A stretch of 63,151 nucleotides of DNA, filler included, from Bigelowiella natans CCMP2755 (Eukaryota > Protista > Cercozoa), in the NCBI GenBank assembly GCA_000320545.1. It is 6 parts of 6 records of this genome, joined end to end, with 100 filler letters (N's around TTAATTAATTAA, not from the genome) between each part and the next. Parts side by side here need not be neighbours in the genome. Positions count along the whole stretch, not along the records: positions 1 to 16,589 come from ADNK01002089.1; positions 16,690 to 29,531 come from ADNK01002091.1; 4 more parts are not named here. One strand, given 5' to 3'. The notes beneath the pieces are model-generated. The model was not told the origin of the DNA. It saw only the letters and a program-made list of their open reading frames with translations, and searched no databases. Positions within the stretch are counted from its first letter, which is position 1; the number at the start of each line of letters is the position of its first letter. Shown in pieces: positions 13,782 through 28,208 of this stretch. The position numbers and the translations under genes are program-made.

Positions 13782-14950
13782 TTTTGCTCTGATGACTTCC
13801 ACAAATTACTCCTCCTTCGGGAAAGCAGCAGCACACAAATTGCACAGTATTCTCGATGGGGGAGGGGGAGGAGGAGGAGGAGGAGGAGGACACAGACACG
13901 ACTATTCCTGGATGAATGACTGCTGCTATTATTATTACGTTTATTGTTATTCGATAGTGACAACACACATTTCCCCCCCCCCCCCCCTCCACTACTCCTC
14001 CTGCAGGTGTGCTGTTTGATGCGGATACCTCTGATCCTGGGTTAAGCCTTCGCAATTGCCTCAAAGTGGAAAGTATTGAAGACCCCGTCGCTGCCGTGAA
14101 GGAGATCACGAAACGATGCGACAAGCCCACGCTTCTCTCTCTGTAATAGTCAATTATATTTCTTATTCATAGAATATAGGAAGAGGGGCCAAGGGGTGGG
14201 GCGAGGGGCAGCGCGGGAGGAAGAGTGAATAGAAAAAGTGTCAGGAAGGAAGTGGGGGAAAAAAGAGACGAGAGAAAGGGAGAAGAGGGCGGGGGATACG
14301 GAGCTCTTTTAGGACAATTTTAATCGGCAAGAACAGCGGAAAATCACGCGGGTGTATGATGCGTTATGGCACTGCATGCCTGCTTTCTAGCTTCTATCTG
14401 CTTTGGAAGTACACTGAGAATGGTGTGTGACGATAGAGCTTCCTATTCCTCATGCAACCCTTTGCTACATCACTACTTGCTTGCTTACTTACTTCATCAT
14501 CATCACCGCTATCAAATACAGCTACCGAATTGCCAATTTCACCAACGGAGAAGAGTTTCTATATCGAGTAGCTCAGAAGCGCGGCAAGCTGGGAAAGGGG
14601 GGCGTCCCCGACATGCCCGCAGCTGCAAGGTGTGTTCTCCGGGATTGGAATTCGGGCAAAATCCCCTTCTACACACTTCCTCCTGAGGACGGCAATGCGG
14701 AGCATGAGAGTGTAGAGCTGGTGAGTTCCCTCGGTAAAGACTTCGACTTGGAGAAAATCAATGCGGAGGCGATTAAGTCCGCTGGAGCCTCTGGCCGGGG
14801 CGCTTTCATGACGCTAGAGTCGAGGTAGACAGCAGCCCTCTGCATGCAAGAGTGGGAGGGAGGGGGGGAACGGGGGAGGAGAGATTTGTGATGGGGCGCT
14901 CGTCCAGCTTCATAGAACTTAGATAGTAAGTGCTATCACATGTAAAATAC

Positions 14951-15029
<79 letters not shown>

Positions 15030-15543
15030 GACATTCTGGTGCTATCACATGATCTACTAGCCTTAAAACATTGGCTGCTTTTCCTCCTACTCGTCGTTAT
15101 CACTCCCTGTAGCCATGATGGCCTCTACGACATGTATATCGTCGATCGATTGCTGCTGATCTACCCCCTCAAATCGCAATATCATGGACATTTCTTACGA
15201 TTTCTTATTCTAATGTATCTGCTCTTTTCTTGTCGTTGCTGTTGCCAGTGGCGAGGAAGCAAAAGCGAAGTCTTCCTCCTCATCGATCTCGTTTGTCGGA
15301 GCAAGAGTGGAGGGTAATGCTATGGATGCTGAGAGCGACTCGAAGGGGGACCGCAAGCCGTCTCCAGTAGCCACGAAAAAAGTGTCGTTTATCGACCAAG
15401 ACATCAACCCACAGGCCAATAAGGCTATCCGGCAGAAACAGCAGAAAGCAAACAAGAAGAAAAAGAAGGAGGCTGCAGCTTCCCGGGCGAGTTCTACTAA
15501 TGGGGGTGCGTACTCGTTCGAGGAGCATGATTGGAGCTCGTAG
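11488..15543 (+). CDS. NUG1: Nucleostemin-family circularly permuted GTPase (GNL3/GNL3L/Grn1/Nug1), multi-exon
   Basis: N-terminal GN3L/Grn1 motif [10 protein letters not shown]...KVKEHKKK...[14 protein letters not shown]; [15 protein letters not shown]; [10 protein letters not shown]; WVKYLRREF; [19 protein letters not shown]; IIDSPG; [11 protein letters not shown]...[17 protein letters not shown]. Confidence 0.95.
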
Positions 15544-16589
15544 CTGTACGTAGCTATACGCCTAGATAGATTAGGATTATTCATGGTGATGGTGATTCTC
15601 TAGTTATGTGCAATCCTCACAAACTTGCTCCTATTCTCTGGATTCCAGCTGCGTGTGTGTGTGTGTGTGTGTGTGTACCTGCCTAGGTACACACTGAAAA
15701 TTTCATACTGTGCATGCACATGCTCAAGTGAGTGCAGGTGCTCGATCTCTGGCGCAAATCAAATGCGTGGCCGCCCGCATCACAGCAGCAGCAGCCTTAG
15801 CTGGGTGGCTAACGCTGTATACACACATGCATGTGCGTACGTACGTATACGATGCATGTGCTAGATGTGACTAGGTGGGTCACACACGCATAGCAGTTGG
15901 TGCATGCTTGCATGCACCAATAAGCTGCACGTGGTTATCCTATATTATTAGCATCGTGTACACATGCGAACAACATGCATGCGACGACGCATTGTACGTG
16001 CGGGGCGCATTTCGAGAGCGAGCTAGCGGGGGATAAGCTGAATAATGTCAATAGTTATTTCTTGGAACAATCATATTGCATGTTCGATGCATTGCTCATC
16101 ATGCCAGCAATTTCATAGGCAAATGTTCATGCAGCATACGCTTCGCAGATTCATGCTATAGGCTTTTCTAGTTTCCGCTACTTTGTTATAGCGGAGAACC
16201 GTTAACGTGAAGCCTCGGTCGCGCGCGCCCATCTAGGCTGCTAGTAGGCGTGCGTATTAGACTTTATACTTAGTTCCTGCCATGCGCATACCAGCGTGCG
16301 CACCTGCATTCAAACCCATCCTTCATCCAACGCGCGCATGCAGTATACCGAATCTACTGCTTCCACACTTTTAACAAAATAATGATACATCGCCCGCCTT
16401 CACAGTTATTGTACATCTGGGAAGACCGTCGCCCAAGCTGGAGCAGCAGCCTTGATATATCACCATCATCCATCAGCCCCCCCCCCCCCCCCCCCCCCCC
16501 TTAAAAACAAATTTCACAAAAAAAAAAACCCCGGCCCTCCAGTTCGGGAATTACAGTTTTCCGAAACCCCCCACCAAGGAAAAAAAAAC

Positions 16590-16689
16590 NNNNNNNNNNN
16601 NNNNNNNNNNNNNNNNNNNNNNNNNNNNNNNNNTTAATTAATTAANNNNNNNNNNNNNNNNNNNNNNNNNNNNNNNNNNNNNNNNNNNN
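16590..16689. other. Assembly gap spacer N44-TTAATTAATTAA-N44
   Basis: An identical 100-nt spacer, with stops in all six frames, occurs five times in the window. Confidence 0.97.
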
Positions 16690-16712
16690 AAAGTAGTAGT
16701 ACGTACTACGTC

Positions 16713-16756
<44 letters not shown>

Positions 16757-16758
16757 CA

Positions 16759-16809
<51 letters not shown>

Positions 16810-18022
16810 GTACGTTCTACACTTTACATGAGCCTAGATAAATGAATCAAAACATTTCGCAAAATATGAAGAAAAGGGTGCCTATTGGAAGGGATTGTGC
16901 CAGTACTGACAGTTATGAGAATAAATAAATAAACATGCGAAGAGTGTATCGGCAAAAACGGAGGAAATAATTGTTTGTGGCTCCTAAAGCGATAAAACGG
17001 TGTTTGTGTTGGATTCAACTCGTTGAGCATGCTGGTGTGACCTACTAGTGCCAAAGTAATTAATTCATTTATTGCAGAGATTACGACGGGCCAGGAACCA
17101 TGGCAACCTTCTCCAATGTTCAAGCTATTCTATCTGATCCGCGAGATCCGTATCGAATCTATGTCGGCGCGAGATGGGTAAAATGTTTCGATAGAAGGAG
17201 GCTTGACAATTAACGCTACTTTTGAAATTCATGATTTCCAAGTCGTATCTATGCATTATACAGCAGCTTATTATATGACGTGACTGTATTTTACATGACG
17301 CCATCTGCAGAGTTCTGCTATTCGCACTGTTACGTATCCTACTTTATCTCCAACGCAAGCCCCTTCGACAACGCCTACTACTTCTCCATCAACATCCCCT
17401 TCATTTTCACCATCTTCGTCTTCACCATCATTGTCATCATCAACACCATCTATAGCTCCATCATCGTCACCATCAGCATCTCCATCATATTCTCCCTCAT
17501 CCTCACCCTCATCATCAGCGCCATCGTTAGTATCACCGTCGGTACCATCATCAGTATCTCCAATGGTCACCACATCAGCCCCTGTAGAAAATAGTGCAAC
17601 TCTCTCACCTTCTTCCTCACCTTCACCAGCACCATCATCCGCGCCGTCTTCGGCTCCTTCCTCTGCCCCAACATCCTCACCAACATCTTCGCCAATGATA
17701 ACAACATCATCACCGACGATATCCGGTACAACTCTCTCACCTTCATCAGCCCCGTCCCAAACTCCATTGACGCAATCTCCATCAAAAGTGCCAAGTGTTC
17801 AACCTTCGAGATCTCCATCGATTTTCGAAATTCCCGTATTTAGTGGTCCTAACGTGACCTTGTCTCCAGCTGCTTCTGGGCCCTCGCTCATCGCCACAAG
17901 GGCTTCGTTTGATACGACACTTGCGGGGATAGAGGTTCAGTTTAGCACTGAGTCAAGACGGCCAGGTTAGGAGACCAAATGTAGATGCAAACGACATGAA
18001 TGTATAGTGTGTATGTGTGTTT

Positions 18023-18069
<47 letters not shown>

Positions 18070-20650
18070 GCTGCGTGCAAATGTGTATGTTCCTACATGT
18101 GTAAGGTGTTTCTTGTGCGCATATCTGAATCGTCATGTTTGGCTACTGCATCATATTCAGCTTGCACCGATGTTATGACTCCGTCCTCCTTATCTCTCTT
18201 TGGAACCAATTATATCTGCACTTGGAGAACTAGTAAACAGCTTCTGGTATAGTATATACTAACGAGTGATCGGTGTCTTTTCTTTAACTCCCAATTTAAT
18301 TTTAAGAGTACTACGGTGTAGCTATTTCGTTGCATTAGTAGTGTCTGTACACCACGTGATAGTAGTATATATGTATGTATGTATGTATGTGTGTTTGTGG
18401 GAAAACGACGAGAAAAGAGAGAAGAAGAGGAAGATCTAACAACTGCTGCTATCATTAACTAGCATATGTGTTGAATCATGGGAGGTGTTGCTGCCACTGT
18501 GTCTTGCTAGATTTCACTGGGAAATGATGCGAACGCCACAAGCGAGAGCGTGCTGGTTCTTATATCCGGGATCTGCTGTACAAGTCGAAGTTCCATCATT
18601 TGATAGCTCAACAACATTATTCACAATGCAAGTGCTTGGGATGGAGGAGATGGGAATGTATCGCCCAATTGAAGTCACAGCCAATGTAATGATAATATGG
18701 ATCATTATCATCATACTACTGCTTTTGCCACATATTACCTCTAATGCACCAAACTGTTCAGTGTGTGCATGTGTGTGCGTGTGTGTGCGTGTTACGTAAA
18801 ATGGTGCCTTATCCCAACTCTTCGGATATTATTAGGTTCTGTCGGGATCTGGAGGAAGAGCAATTTCATACTCATGGGAATACTTAGCTGCAAACTCCAG
18901 CTCTTCCATGGGAACAGCAGAGATAGGAAGGTTCTCCTCTATGCTCGAATCGTGCTGCATTTTTAAGCTGTAGCAGTTAAGAACAAATAGAAGAAGTTCT
19001 TTTCATCGGATATTTCTCAATAATGCACCATGTAAGGAATGAAGTGTGAGCCATATACACACAGTACCTGCAATCATATATCTGATCAGACCAGCATATA
19101 TCCTGATGAGAAGTAATTTACTTAAATATCAAGGTTGACGAGCTATCTCGCGTCTCTTCCTTCATCCACAAACACGCTGAAGTTGCATCCTTCTAATTTC
19201 ACCAGTGGTCCTCATGTGTTTAGAATCCAGGTTTGTGTGTACTAACTTAGGCACTTAAATCATTGCACGCACACTCACGCACTCGCACCGATGCACTAAT
19301 GGGCGCATTATTTACATCATATAAACTATGATGTACCTTTTTCATTATCCTACGACAGAGTCCTATCATCATCATTATCATCATCATCGTCATCATCGTC
19401 ATCATCATCATCATCATCGTCATCATCGTCATCATCGTTGCTCAGGTGGAAAATTTCCTTGGATGGTCCCGAAGTAGGACATTTTCCTTTATTCGCAGTA
19501 CCACCGACCCTCCTCTTACACAGCTATCGACCGAAAGCAGCCCCACCTTCACAACAACCGAATCCGTTGTCATTCGAGCGAAACTGCTATCCCCACCCAT
19601 AGTTTGTCTCAATGCTGCGGCTGCTACGACGACTACTGCTCCAGCATGTGTGCAGTCTTTCTCATGGATTCCATTATCGAATGGTTCCTTCTATATTGAT
19701 GGCATGGCTCAAGAGGCTTTAGCTCCTCCAACTAGTAGCAGCGGTATCAACAATCGATACAATGGATCTACACTTCGAATAGCCGCCAGCGAGCTTCCGT
19801 ATAACTCCGCTGGGTTGCCATACGCCTTTCAGCTCCAAACCATCACAAGAAATGCATCGAATGGCGCAATAGTCAGTACATCGTCTCGCACAGTTCTGGT
19901 ACGAATTGCGACTCCCGAGATAGATCGAGTAGAGATCTTAGGAGGATCATCGAGATCTGTTGGTGTATCGGCCTCGCATATACTTCGTGCAACACCATGC
20001 TTTACCCCTGCAACCACCATTCCTCTGACGTATTCATGGACTATCGAAGGAATATCATCTTCGTCGTCTTTATCTTCACCGTTGGTGTTAATCAATCAAA
20101 GCTGCAATTTTACCCTTGCAGCCGGTACGTTGTCCCCTGGAGAGAAATACGCAGTAACAGCCTCTATCACAATCCCAAGTAATAGTGACGAGACAACAGG
20201 CAATCAGACGTTGTTCGGTCGTCAATTTCTTGACGCGCTTGCTGGAAGCCCTCCTACGGTTTCAATTTATCATGTTGTCGCATCTCAGACCGACGATGCA
20301 GGCAGTAATCAGAATGCAGATGAGACGACCACCATTGTTGCTTCCTTGCCGTCATCATCCTCTCAGCAGAGCGACAGCTGGATATACACTTGGACATGTG
20401 TCTCTGGAAATCTCGACTTGAGCAATCGCTCCTTACTGATGGCAGCACCGACAACAAATAGGCTAATGATTAAGCCAAATGTCCTGTTACCGGGCGTTGA
20501 GTACAGCTTTCAAGTGTCTGTTCATGCAATGGGAGCTGCTTCTTCAACGGATGCATCGTACTCGGTAATATGCTTTCTACTGAGCTGCTTGTTTCTCAAA
20601 AACGCTCAGCCACGAGCCGTGTTTTTGGATTTATGAACGAATGTTGTTTC

Positions 20651-20732
<82 letters not shown>

Positions 20733-23325
20733 CGTGTGTACGCGCGCGCGCGTGTGTTTGCACTATCACAGGTTCTGACAGTCGCAACAAACTCCCCCCC
20801 TGTCCCTGGATCCTGCACATCTACCCCGAACTCTGGGGTGGCACTAGAGACGCTATTTCGGCTGAGTTGCGAAGGTTGGGGGGATGTGGACACGCCATTG
20901 AAGTTTCAGTTCAATTTGAGGATTCCTCCACAATCTGACGGTACGCCGTAGACGTTAACCCATAATCATGAATAGCAGTATGTCTGCCTCTTTTCACACG
21001 ATCGACAGCACTTACGCTCTTTTTGCAAAGCATGGCCATTCACTATGATACTCAGAAGAATGAGAATAAATGGGATACAGCCGCTCTGATGTATTTTCTA
21101 CACTCTCTTTCTTTCTTCTTTGCTCCTCATACTTTCCAAGGCGAAAATCCCGTGTTCACTAGCATCTGCGCTCCCACGAAGCTGTCAAGCTACGACACAG
21201 TGCTTCCCTTTCTAGGCCAAAACCAAAGCAGCAGCAGCAGCAGCAGCAGTTCTTCGTCGTATAAGAACTTGTCTCTTCAAGCTGTGGTTACTGATGCATT
21301 AGGTGCTACTGCTTACTATGACCTGCCAGATATTATCATGTCTGAAACAACGAAGAATTCCTCGGAACAGATAGATTTGCTCTCCCGCTCAGTAGCTCTC
21401 GGAGATGTAGAATCCGCGGCACTTCTCATAACCTCTTCAATATCGTCCATCAGCGCTGTGGTAGCAACAGCGTCTGATGATGGTGATTCCACCACCGATG
21501 TGGCTAAAGCACAAGAGGAGACGGAGAGGCTACTTTCCCTACTCAGTGACATTGTTGAAGACGGAGTTCAGATCAGTGATGAATTCGCAGTAGTCGAGGT
21601 GCCTCTAGGAGCTTTGGAACTTATCAGTCAATCTCCTTCTACATTGAGTACCAACGGAAAGATTGAGGCTACGAGATTGTTAGCGAATGTATCTTCAGGA
21701 CTGTCGTTGTTTTCTTCTTCCACTGCTCCCGTCACAAAAAGCCGTGTGACATCGATTCTAAATGTCGTGGGCAAGTTAGTACCCTCGTTTGAGCTCGGTA
21801 GGTGTGACAGGCAATGTATGTGGTGTCTTGTTCTCTACCATTGTACTACTACCACTTCTTCTTCTCACATGTATTTGCTACTTTCTTTACACTGTTCGAT
21901 CAAATGCAAAGACCGCAGCAGACAGACAATTGACTCAATTGCACCACAACAACTACAATAGGTTCTACAAGGACATCGAATGCCTCGAGAATAGTCCTTG
22001 CTGATACTATTGAGCTTGTGACCTCACACGCATCACAGGCACTATTAAATAATGCTGCATCGGTAGGAGGTGACTCTGTTGAAGTCTCAGTTGGTAACGT
22101 TTCTATCGTGGGCGTCGTAAGAACCTTTGAGAATTTCGGAGGAACATCACTTGAGAGCACAACACTTGGCAGTTCTTTCAACGTTTCGAATGATATAGTA
22201 TTGTCTTCGGGGGGTGCTGGCACTAATATTGCGGGAGCTGCGCTTGTGACTCTGCTTCATCCTTTGTAAGACAATTCCCCTTCTCTTAGTTTGAATGTAC
22301 TGCCGCTGCTGGGAGTACTTAATGTGTTTTATTGAATATCTCGTGATCGAAAAGTATAATAACAGTGTATACATTTTTGGTAACGACGGTGTTTCTCAAG
22401 CATGTTGTAGGAATGCTGCATAGTACTTCTGGCAATCATCCTCTTACGTACATCTACCCATTACTAGGTATCCACAGCAAAGGGAGGGGGAGAGCAGCAT
22501 CATTCCAACAATCTATGTCGACGGCACCGTGTTGAGTGAGGCAGAGAATACGATCACAAACCCAGAAGACTCACCATACGAGCTTCGAATTCCTGGAGGA
22601 TCCGTCGCCGCTGCTGCTGCTGCTTCTGAGTCCATTGATACGGTTTGCCGATTTTGGGACACTGTCACACAATCGTTCAGTACTAGGGGCGTTACCACTA
22701 TCAGTAGCAGTGCAACCTCTGGTATTGTCTGCCATAGCACTCACCTCACCGTATTTAGTGCCTCGTCAAAGACAAAGTTTGCGGTTAATACTATCGAGGC
22801 TAGTGATATCTCCCTTGATATCTTCAGCTTCGACAACCCAGTGTTCGTGTCTCTCACCTGTATAATGGCGGTATGGATCCTGCTGCTAATTGCAGCGGGG
22901 CAACACGACCGCACACAGACGGGCCGCATGTTTACCGAGGAGTTCTGGCGACAGTATAACAAGGTTTATATCCTCAAGTTCAAGCATCGTTCCTTCAAGA
23001 GCTGGATTCGTCGTGTAATGTGGAGTTTGCGACAAAGCCACGTCTACTTTTCCATCCCTATGCATCGTCGAGGAGACTTTCTGAACACAGTGAAGAGAGT
23101 AACGATCATGGTAAGATTAGCATTCAACGCTGAGTGTATTTTCCTTAGGAGGGGGATATCTAACTTGTTTTTCCCCTTGCTGCTATTGTGCACGGTTACA
23201 AATATTTTTTGGGTTGGTGCTGCAGGTGACTTTGCTCGTGACGACTATTACTGTTCTTTTGCTGCTGCTTCACCAAGAATCGAAGCTACCTTTTCTCTCA
23301 ACTTCCGCATCTAGTAATATTGTAC

Positions 23326-23368
<43 letters not shown>

Positions 23369-24045
23369 GTCAAATATTAATTGTTATTGGTACCATACAG
23401 ATGATCCTAGCACTTCTTTATGAAATTAAAATTATACACTAAACATTGCAGCTACTCTCCTCGCAGTGGTCATGGGGCTTCCGGTGTCGTATAGCGTTGC
23501 TTTCGGGTTCCAAAGAAGGGTAATTTATAAATATTATAAATAGGAATGAAAATACGAATAAACTGGGTGATGGGGGTTAGGCTGCGAACAAAGCATCAGT
23601 AATAACTTGATATGTACTTGACTTGTCGGAGGATATGCATGAGTTTCTTGCTCATACAGGCTAATTTGCATTTTGTGAGTATTTGCGTCGCTTATACGAG
23701 CACCTGAAGATCTGTGCCCATTCGTCATGAACTTGCTTGTGATTCTCTTAGATTCCTTTAGAGTATGCAATACACTCCGAGCTCATCAATGTCTCTGATC
23801 TGGGCTGCATCACGACAATGGTCCTTGCGGTCTTGCTAAATGAATTGCCGGCGGCTGCGGAAGGACATTCCGAGAGTCGTCAAGCAGGAGGGAAGCAAAA
23901 GGATGTTCCAAACAAAGGAGATGCTACTGCTACAATTGGTGCCGGTTCTGGCTTGGAGAGATCGCAAACGTAGTTTATCGCATTAGATTTAGTGTGTGAT
24001 GAAAGAACGTATCTTAGATTACGGAATCTTTCTTTTCCGGGATGG

Positions 24046-24127
<82 letters not shown>

Positions 24128-24462
24128 CATAAGATAGGTGGCGAGAATAATGTAAAACCTTATATTCACTATATGCATATATACGTAGATGAAATGATTT
24201 GACAGTGATAAATGAAATGATTTCACAGTGATCCTCCGTGGGAGGTGAAGGATAGCACATCAAGCGGCCTTAGTTGGGTGAAAAAGAGGTAAAAGAAGAT
24301 ATTAACATATATTGCTCTATATATATGAACATTCTAAAATTGACTTCACAGCGAGGCACTTCCGTGGGAGGCGAAGGAACAGAAGATTCAAGTAGGCTCA
24401 ATTGGGTGAAAATGAGGTAAAACGATAGATTTTTATTTTTGGTTTTACATTACTTATGTTAT

Positions 24463-24507
<45 letters not shown>

Positions 24508-24883
24508 GTTTGTTGTAATGGATTTCACAGTGAGACACTTCCGTGGGAGGAAAAGGATAAAAGATCAAGCAGCCGTAATGAGGCAAAGAAAGGGTGAAAT
24601 AAGAGATTCGTTTTCATTTCAACACATTTAGGACAGTTGCAGTACTTGTTCTTCATCCCTTTCCCCAATGATCTTCCTTTCTTAGCTCCTTATATCAATA
24701 ACTTACTTCAGCGTATGTTGTACAGGCATGCATCGAAGAGTGCAGCGAAGCGAGTTGAGCAGCAAATTCAAACAAGAAATTTTGCAATGCAATCGTCGTT
24801 ACTCAGTATTCAAATTAAAGAATCTGATCAAGGTGTCTGTGAGCTTTATTGAGGCAAATTGACCTATAGAGTGGACGTATCAC

Positions 24884-24942
<59 letters not shown>

Positions 24943-25358
24943 TGTATGTGTGTGTGTGCGAGCGCACGTTTGTGTGTGATGAATTATTGTTTTACCAAAT
25001 TCTTGTCTTACTTCCATGGGTAATCGATGCTTTCTATTCTCTTTTCTTTTCCCCTCTCCCTCATTACTTTGCAAATGTAATGGAACAATAAACCAGAAGT
25101 CGAGCGGCAGCATGCTGAACCAAATGAGGGTTGCTGTGGCTCTGAGATCCTTCCAGTTGGCCACAAAGACCTCCTTAACAGCGGCTACTCGTACACAGAT
25201 GTAGTAACCTTCATCATTTTAACTATCAACAATCTCGGCTGCTTCTTTCTAGCCATAGTCTTATCCAGCAAACTAAGGTAATTGTGCGTCATCATGACGT
25301 TCGTATATGTTCCGAGTGATGTGGCGGGACAGCCATTCAGAATGTGACACGTTTGGAT

Positions 25359-25410
<52 letters not shown>

Positions 25411-25578
25411 TGTGTTATATACCTGATGTACTTGACGTACCTGCAGATCGGATAATTGGGAATTCTTCTCAAATTGGCATGTCCTAATGGTGACGATGGT
25501 GTCCGAAGATCTGCTGCTTCGTATTGGAACTATCATCATCGTGGAAGCAATTATATTCCTTCCTAAACCATGGTTATA

Positions 25579-25622
<44 letters not shown>

Positions 25623-27348
25623 CTCTACCTCTCTCTACTGTACCTCTCTGTACCTCTCTCCCTCTCTTCTTGTATCTTTGTCTGTGCTTGGGTGTGTGAG
25701 TGCGTGTTTCATACCAACCTTTTCAATCTAAGGTCAACATCATAGATCATGCAAGCTTACAGAACACAACATTCATTATTTTAAGTTCATGTGACTTATA
25801 TTGTTTGCGTTTATGTGCCGTTTCTCTCCATAGCTATTTTCACCCGACAAGACGATTTATTAAATACAAACGATTTTCAAGTACATCTGCAATGTATTCG
25901 ATATGCAGATGTTTTTGTAAAAATTGCTTTGTTGAAAGGAATACGAGCAAACGTATGGCCAATACGGAGGAAAACTTAGTCGAAGTCGATTTTCAGGTGG
26001 TGCAGGATGATCATCTTTCATTCGAGCACCACGAAGGCTCTTGTTGCATCAGTGGCCTTGCCCAGCTCTCGAATGCCTACTACAAAGGCGTAAGACCTGG
26101 CATGACGGTAAGTTGAGTAATGGTGTTAGAATTTAAAGAACCTTTCACCTTTCTATGTAGATTTACTTGCATTCTTTGCTCGCAATGGAACGGACTCAGG
26201 TGATGTTTTTGTAGGTTGTATCGATAAACAAACAAAATCTAGTCTATGGGACAGAGGCGATGGGATTCATAAGTCGCTCGTTTTCGAAAAGGGGTTACGC
26301 ATGGATTACTGTACTTATGCCCCACAGCGAATTAGAGCAGGTGTCAATTGAGGTCCCCACAAAGATAAAACTTGCCTTTAATCAACAGCTGAGAGTATTT
26401 CGTGATCCCGATAAAGGCTCTGCTCTCTACAGCAGCGGTGTGAGGAAGAACTGGCGCCTAATCCGGGCGGGGAAGTTTCTCGTGAACACAGTTAGCGAGT
26501 ATGAAAGCGCTATGCATACACTGAGACACACCAAGCATGAAGTGACATTGGTTTTCCGGCCTTACGGAGGCCGCTGCGAGATCCCTTATTTCAATGAGGA
26601 TGTAAGGGTCACAGATATCGTGACAGTAACCAGTGATAATAAAGTGAGGGACAGCTTAGGAGCCGTCCGAGGGTCGACTGAATCATCTTTGAGAAGAAGC
26701 ACTGGGTCTTCTCTTAGGAAAAGCACTGATTCCTCCGTTGAGCGCAGCACCTTGCAGACTCCGATTTTAGTCAATAACAAAAGTGGTATTAGAACAATGC
26801 AATCGATCGCTGAGGACAACGAGGATGGCGATTTCTTTGAGGCAGGGGATGAAGAAATAGTCATGTCAGTAGATGTGATGAAAAGAAGCGCGGAGGAGCA
26901 GGAAAGGAATGAGGGGATTCAAATGACACATCTCGGTTCCACAGATAGAAAGGAAGTCTCACCACCAAAGAACAAAGCTCGAGGCAGAAGGCATGGACGC
27001 AAGTTAGATAGCAGACGGAAAGATGGTACATCTAAGTCACCGACTAGAAACTCACCAGGCCGAAATGGCAAGCGCAGAAAGGGGGCGAAACACTTACGGA
27101 CGAATCAAAAACCTACGCCTACGAGGTATACCGCAGCCAATTATTCCTTTTTTACAAAACCAGGCATACGATCGATGAGTCGACATGTCAAACAGAGGTT
27201 GGCCCCGTCAAACACAAACATTGATCTCGCGCCTGCATCGCTTTCTCCATCCGCTACGACCAGCAATGACAGGAAGGACAAAAACGGGGGATCTTCAGCA
27301 GTTTCGAACGGAAATACTGCTCTGCCAGTCAACGGCATCGCGTTATAA
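16810..27348 (+). CDS. Polycystin-1/REJ-like receptor: NHL exon, S/P/T repeats, REJ/PKD region, GPS motif, several TM segments, PDZ-like segment, basic tail; 5' end probably lost in the gap
   Basis: REJ-like WIYTWTCVSG...LMIKPNVLLPGVEYSFQVSV and NSPPVPGSCTSTPNSGVALETLFRLSCEGWGDVDTPLKFQF; GPS CRFWDTVTQSFSTRG...IVCHSTHLTVF followed by a TM helix; SLRQSHVYFSIPMHRRGDFLNTVKRVTI; AYYKGVRPGMT-VVSINKQ (PDZ-like); last exon ends at TAA 27348. Confidence 0.8.
24219..24600 (+). repeat. Three imperfect tandem copies of a small exon-like unit (ttcacag|...ccgtgggagg.gaagga...)
   Basis: Units start after cacag at 24229, 24352 and 24531 and read DPPWEVKD, EALPWEAKE and ETLPWEEKD. Confidence 0.7.
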
Positions 27349-28208
27349 CGACGCCATTGTTCTCCATTTCGGACTTCACCTTCCTTCGAGAAGGTGTTTG
27401 TGCAGTCAATGACTCATCAACACGGTCTAGTGGTGCATGTCTGCCGCAAATGAAAATCCCAATGACAATAACGACCCACTATCTGGCTTACTTTCTCAAC
27501 TCATGCTTTTTTGCTAGTTTTGGTTTGATCTTAGTCGCCATACGTGCATGGTCTGCATGGAAAGGCTAAATAAACATAGATGTGTAGTTGCACAAGCCAC
27601 AAATGCAGCAATAACACGTGTGTGGCTTCACGTGAGCAAGTGCGCTATAGCTAGCTAGCACGCACAGCACGTCCGGCCTTAATCCACATCGGTGAGCATC
27701 AGATTGCCTGCCATATACGCATAATGCTAACACGGCGCATTTAGGCGACTCTAAAGCACATTTGCTGCCACATTTCCAGACATGTGCATCATGAAAACTC
27801 ATGAGCATCGTTGTTTCGCTGAGGTTTTGATTCATTTGAAAGCAATGCATAGCCGGCGCGGTCGCTGTGCGTTTTGGTTGATGTCATGGACACATGCTCG
27901 CATGCACACATGCTTGGTGTTGCGTTTGCTCTGCTGCTCGTCCATGCCTTTTAGCCACCATCTATGAGCTACAGAATGCGACGTCTGTGCACGTCTATAG
28001 ATGGATCATGCACCTATGGATGGCACATGTCTAAAAGCTGCATGGCGCATAAGTTGTCTCATTGTATCATGTTATCGTTTCGCACACATTGTACGTGTGA
28101 TGCAGTTGCGTTAATTGTTATTTACACTTGGAAGGTTCATAGAAAAGCTAATTTTGTCTGAACTCATCTCAGTAGAGATTGGTTGATTGAAATAAGCACA
28201 ACACCTCA

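Noticed and set aside
16440-16589. Homopolymer-rich tract before the gap (similarly 29380-29531)
   Set aside because: Looks like low-quality read ends at contig edges.
16590-16689. TTAATTAATTAA palindrome recurring five times within N runs
   Set aside because: Artificial scaffold spacer with six-frame stops; not biological.
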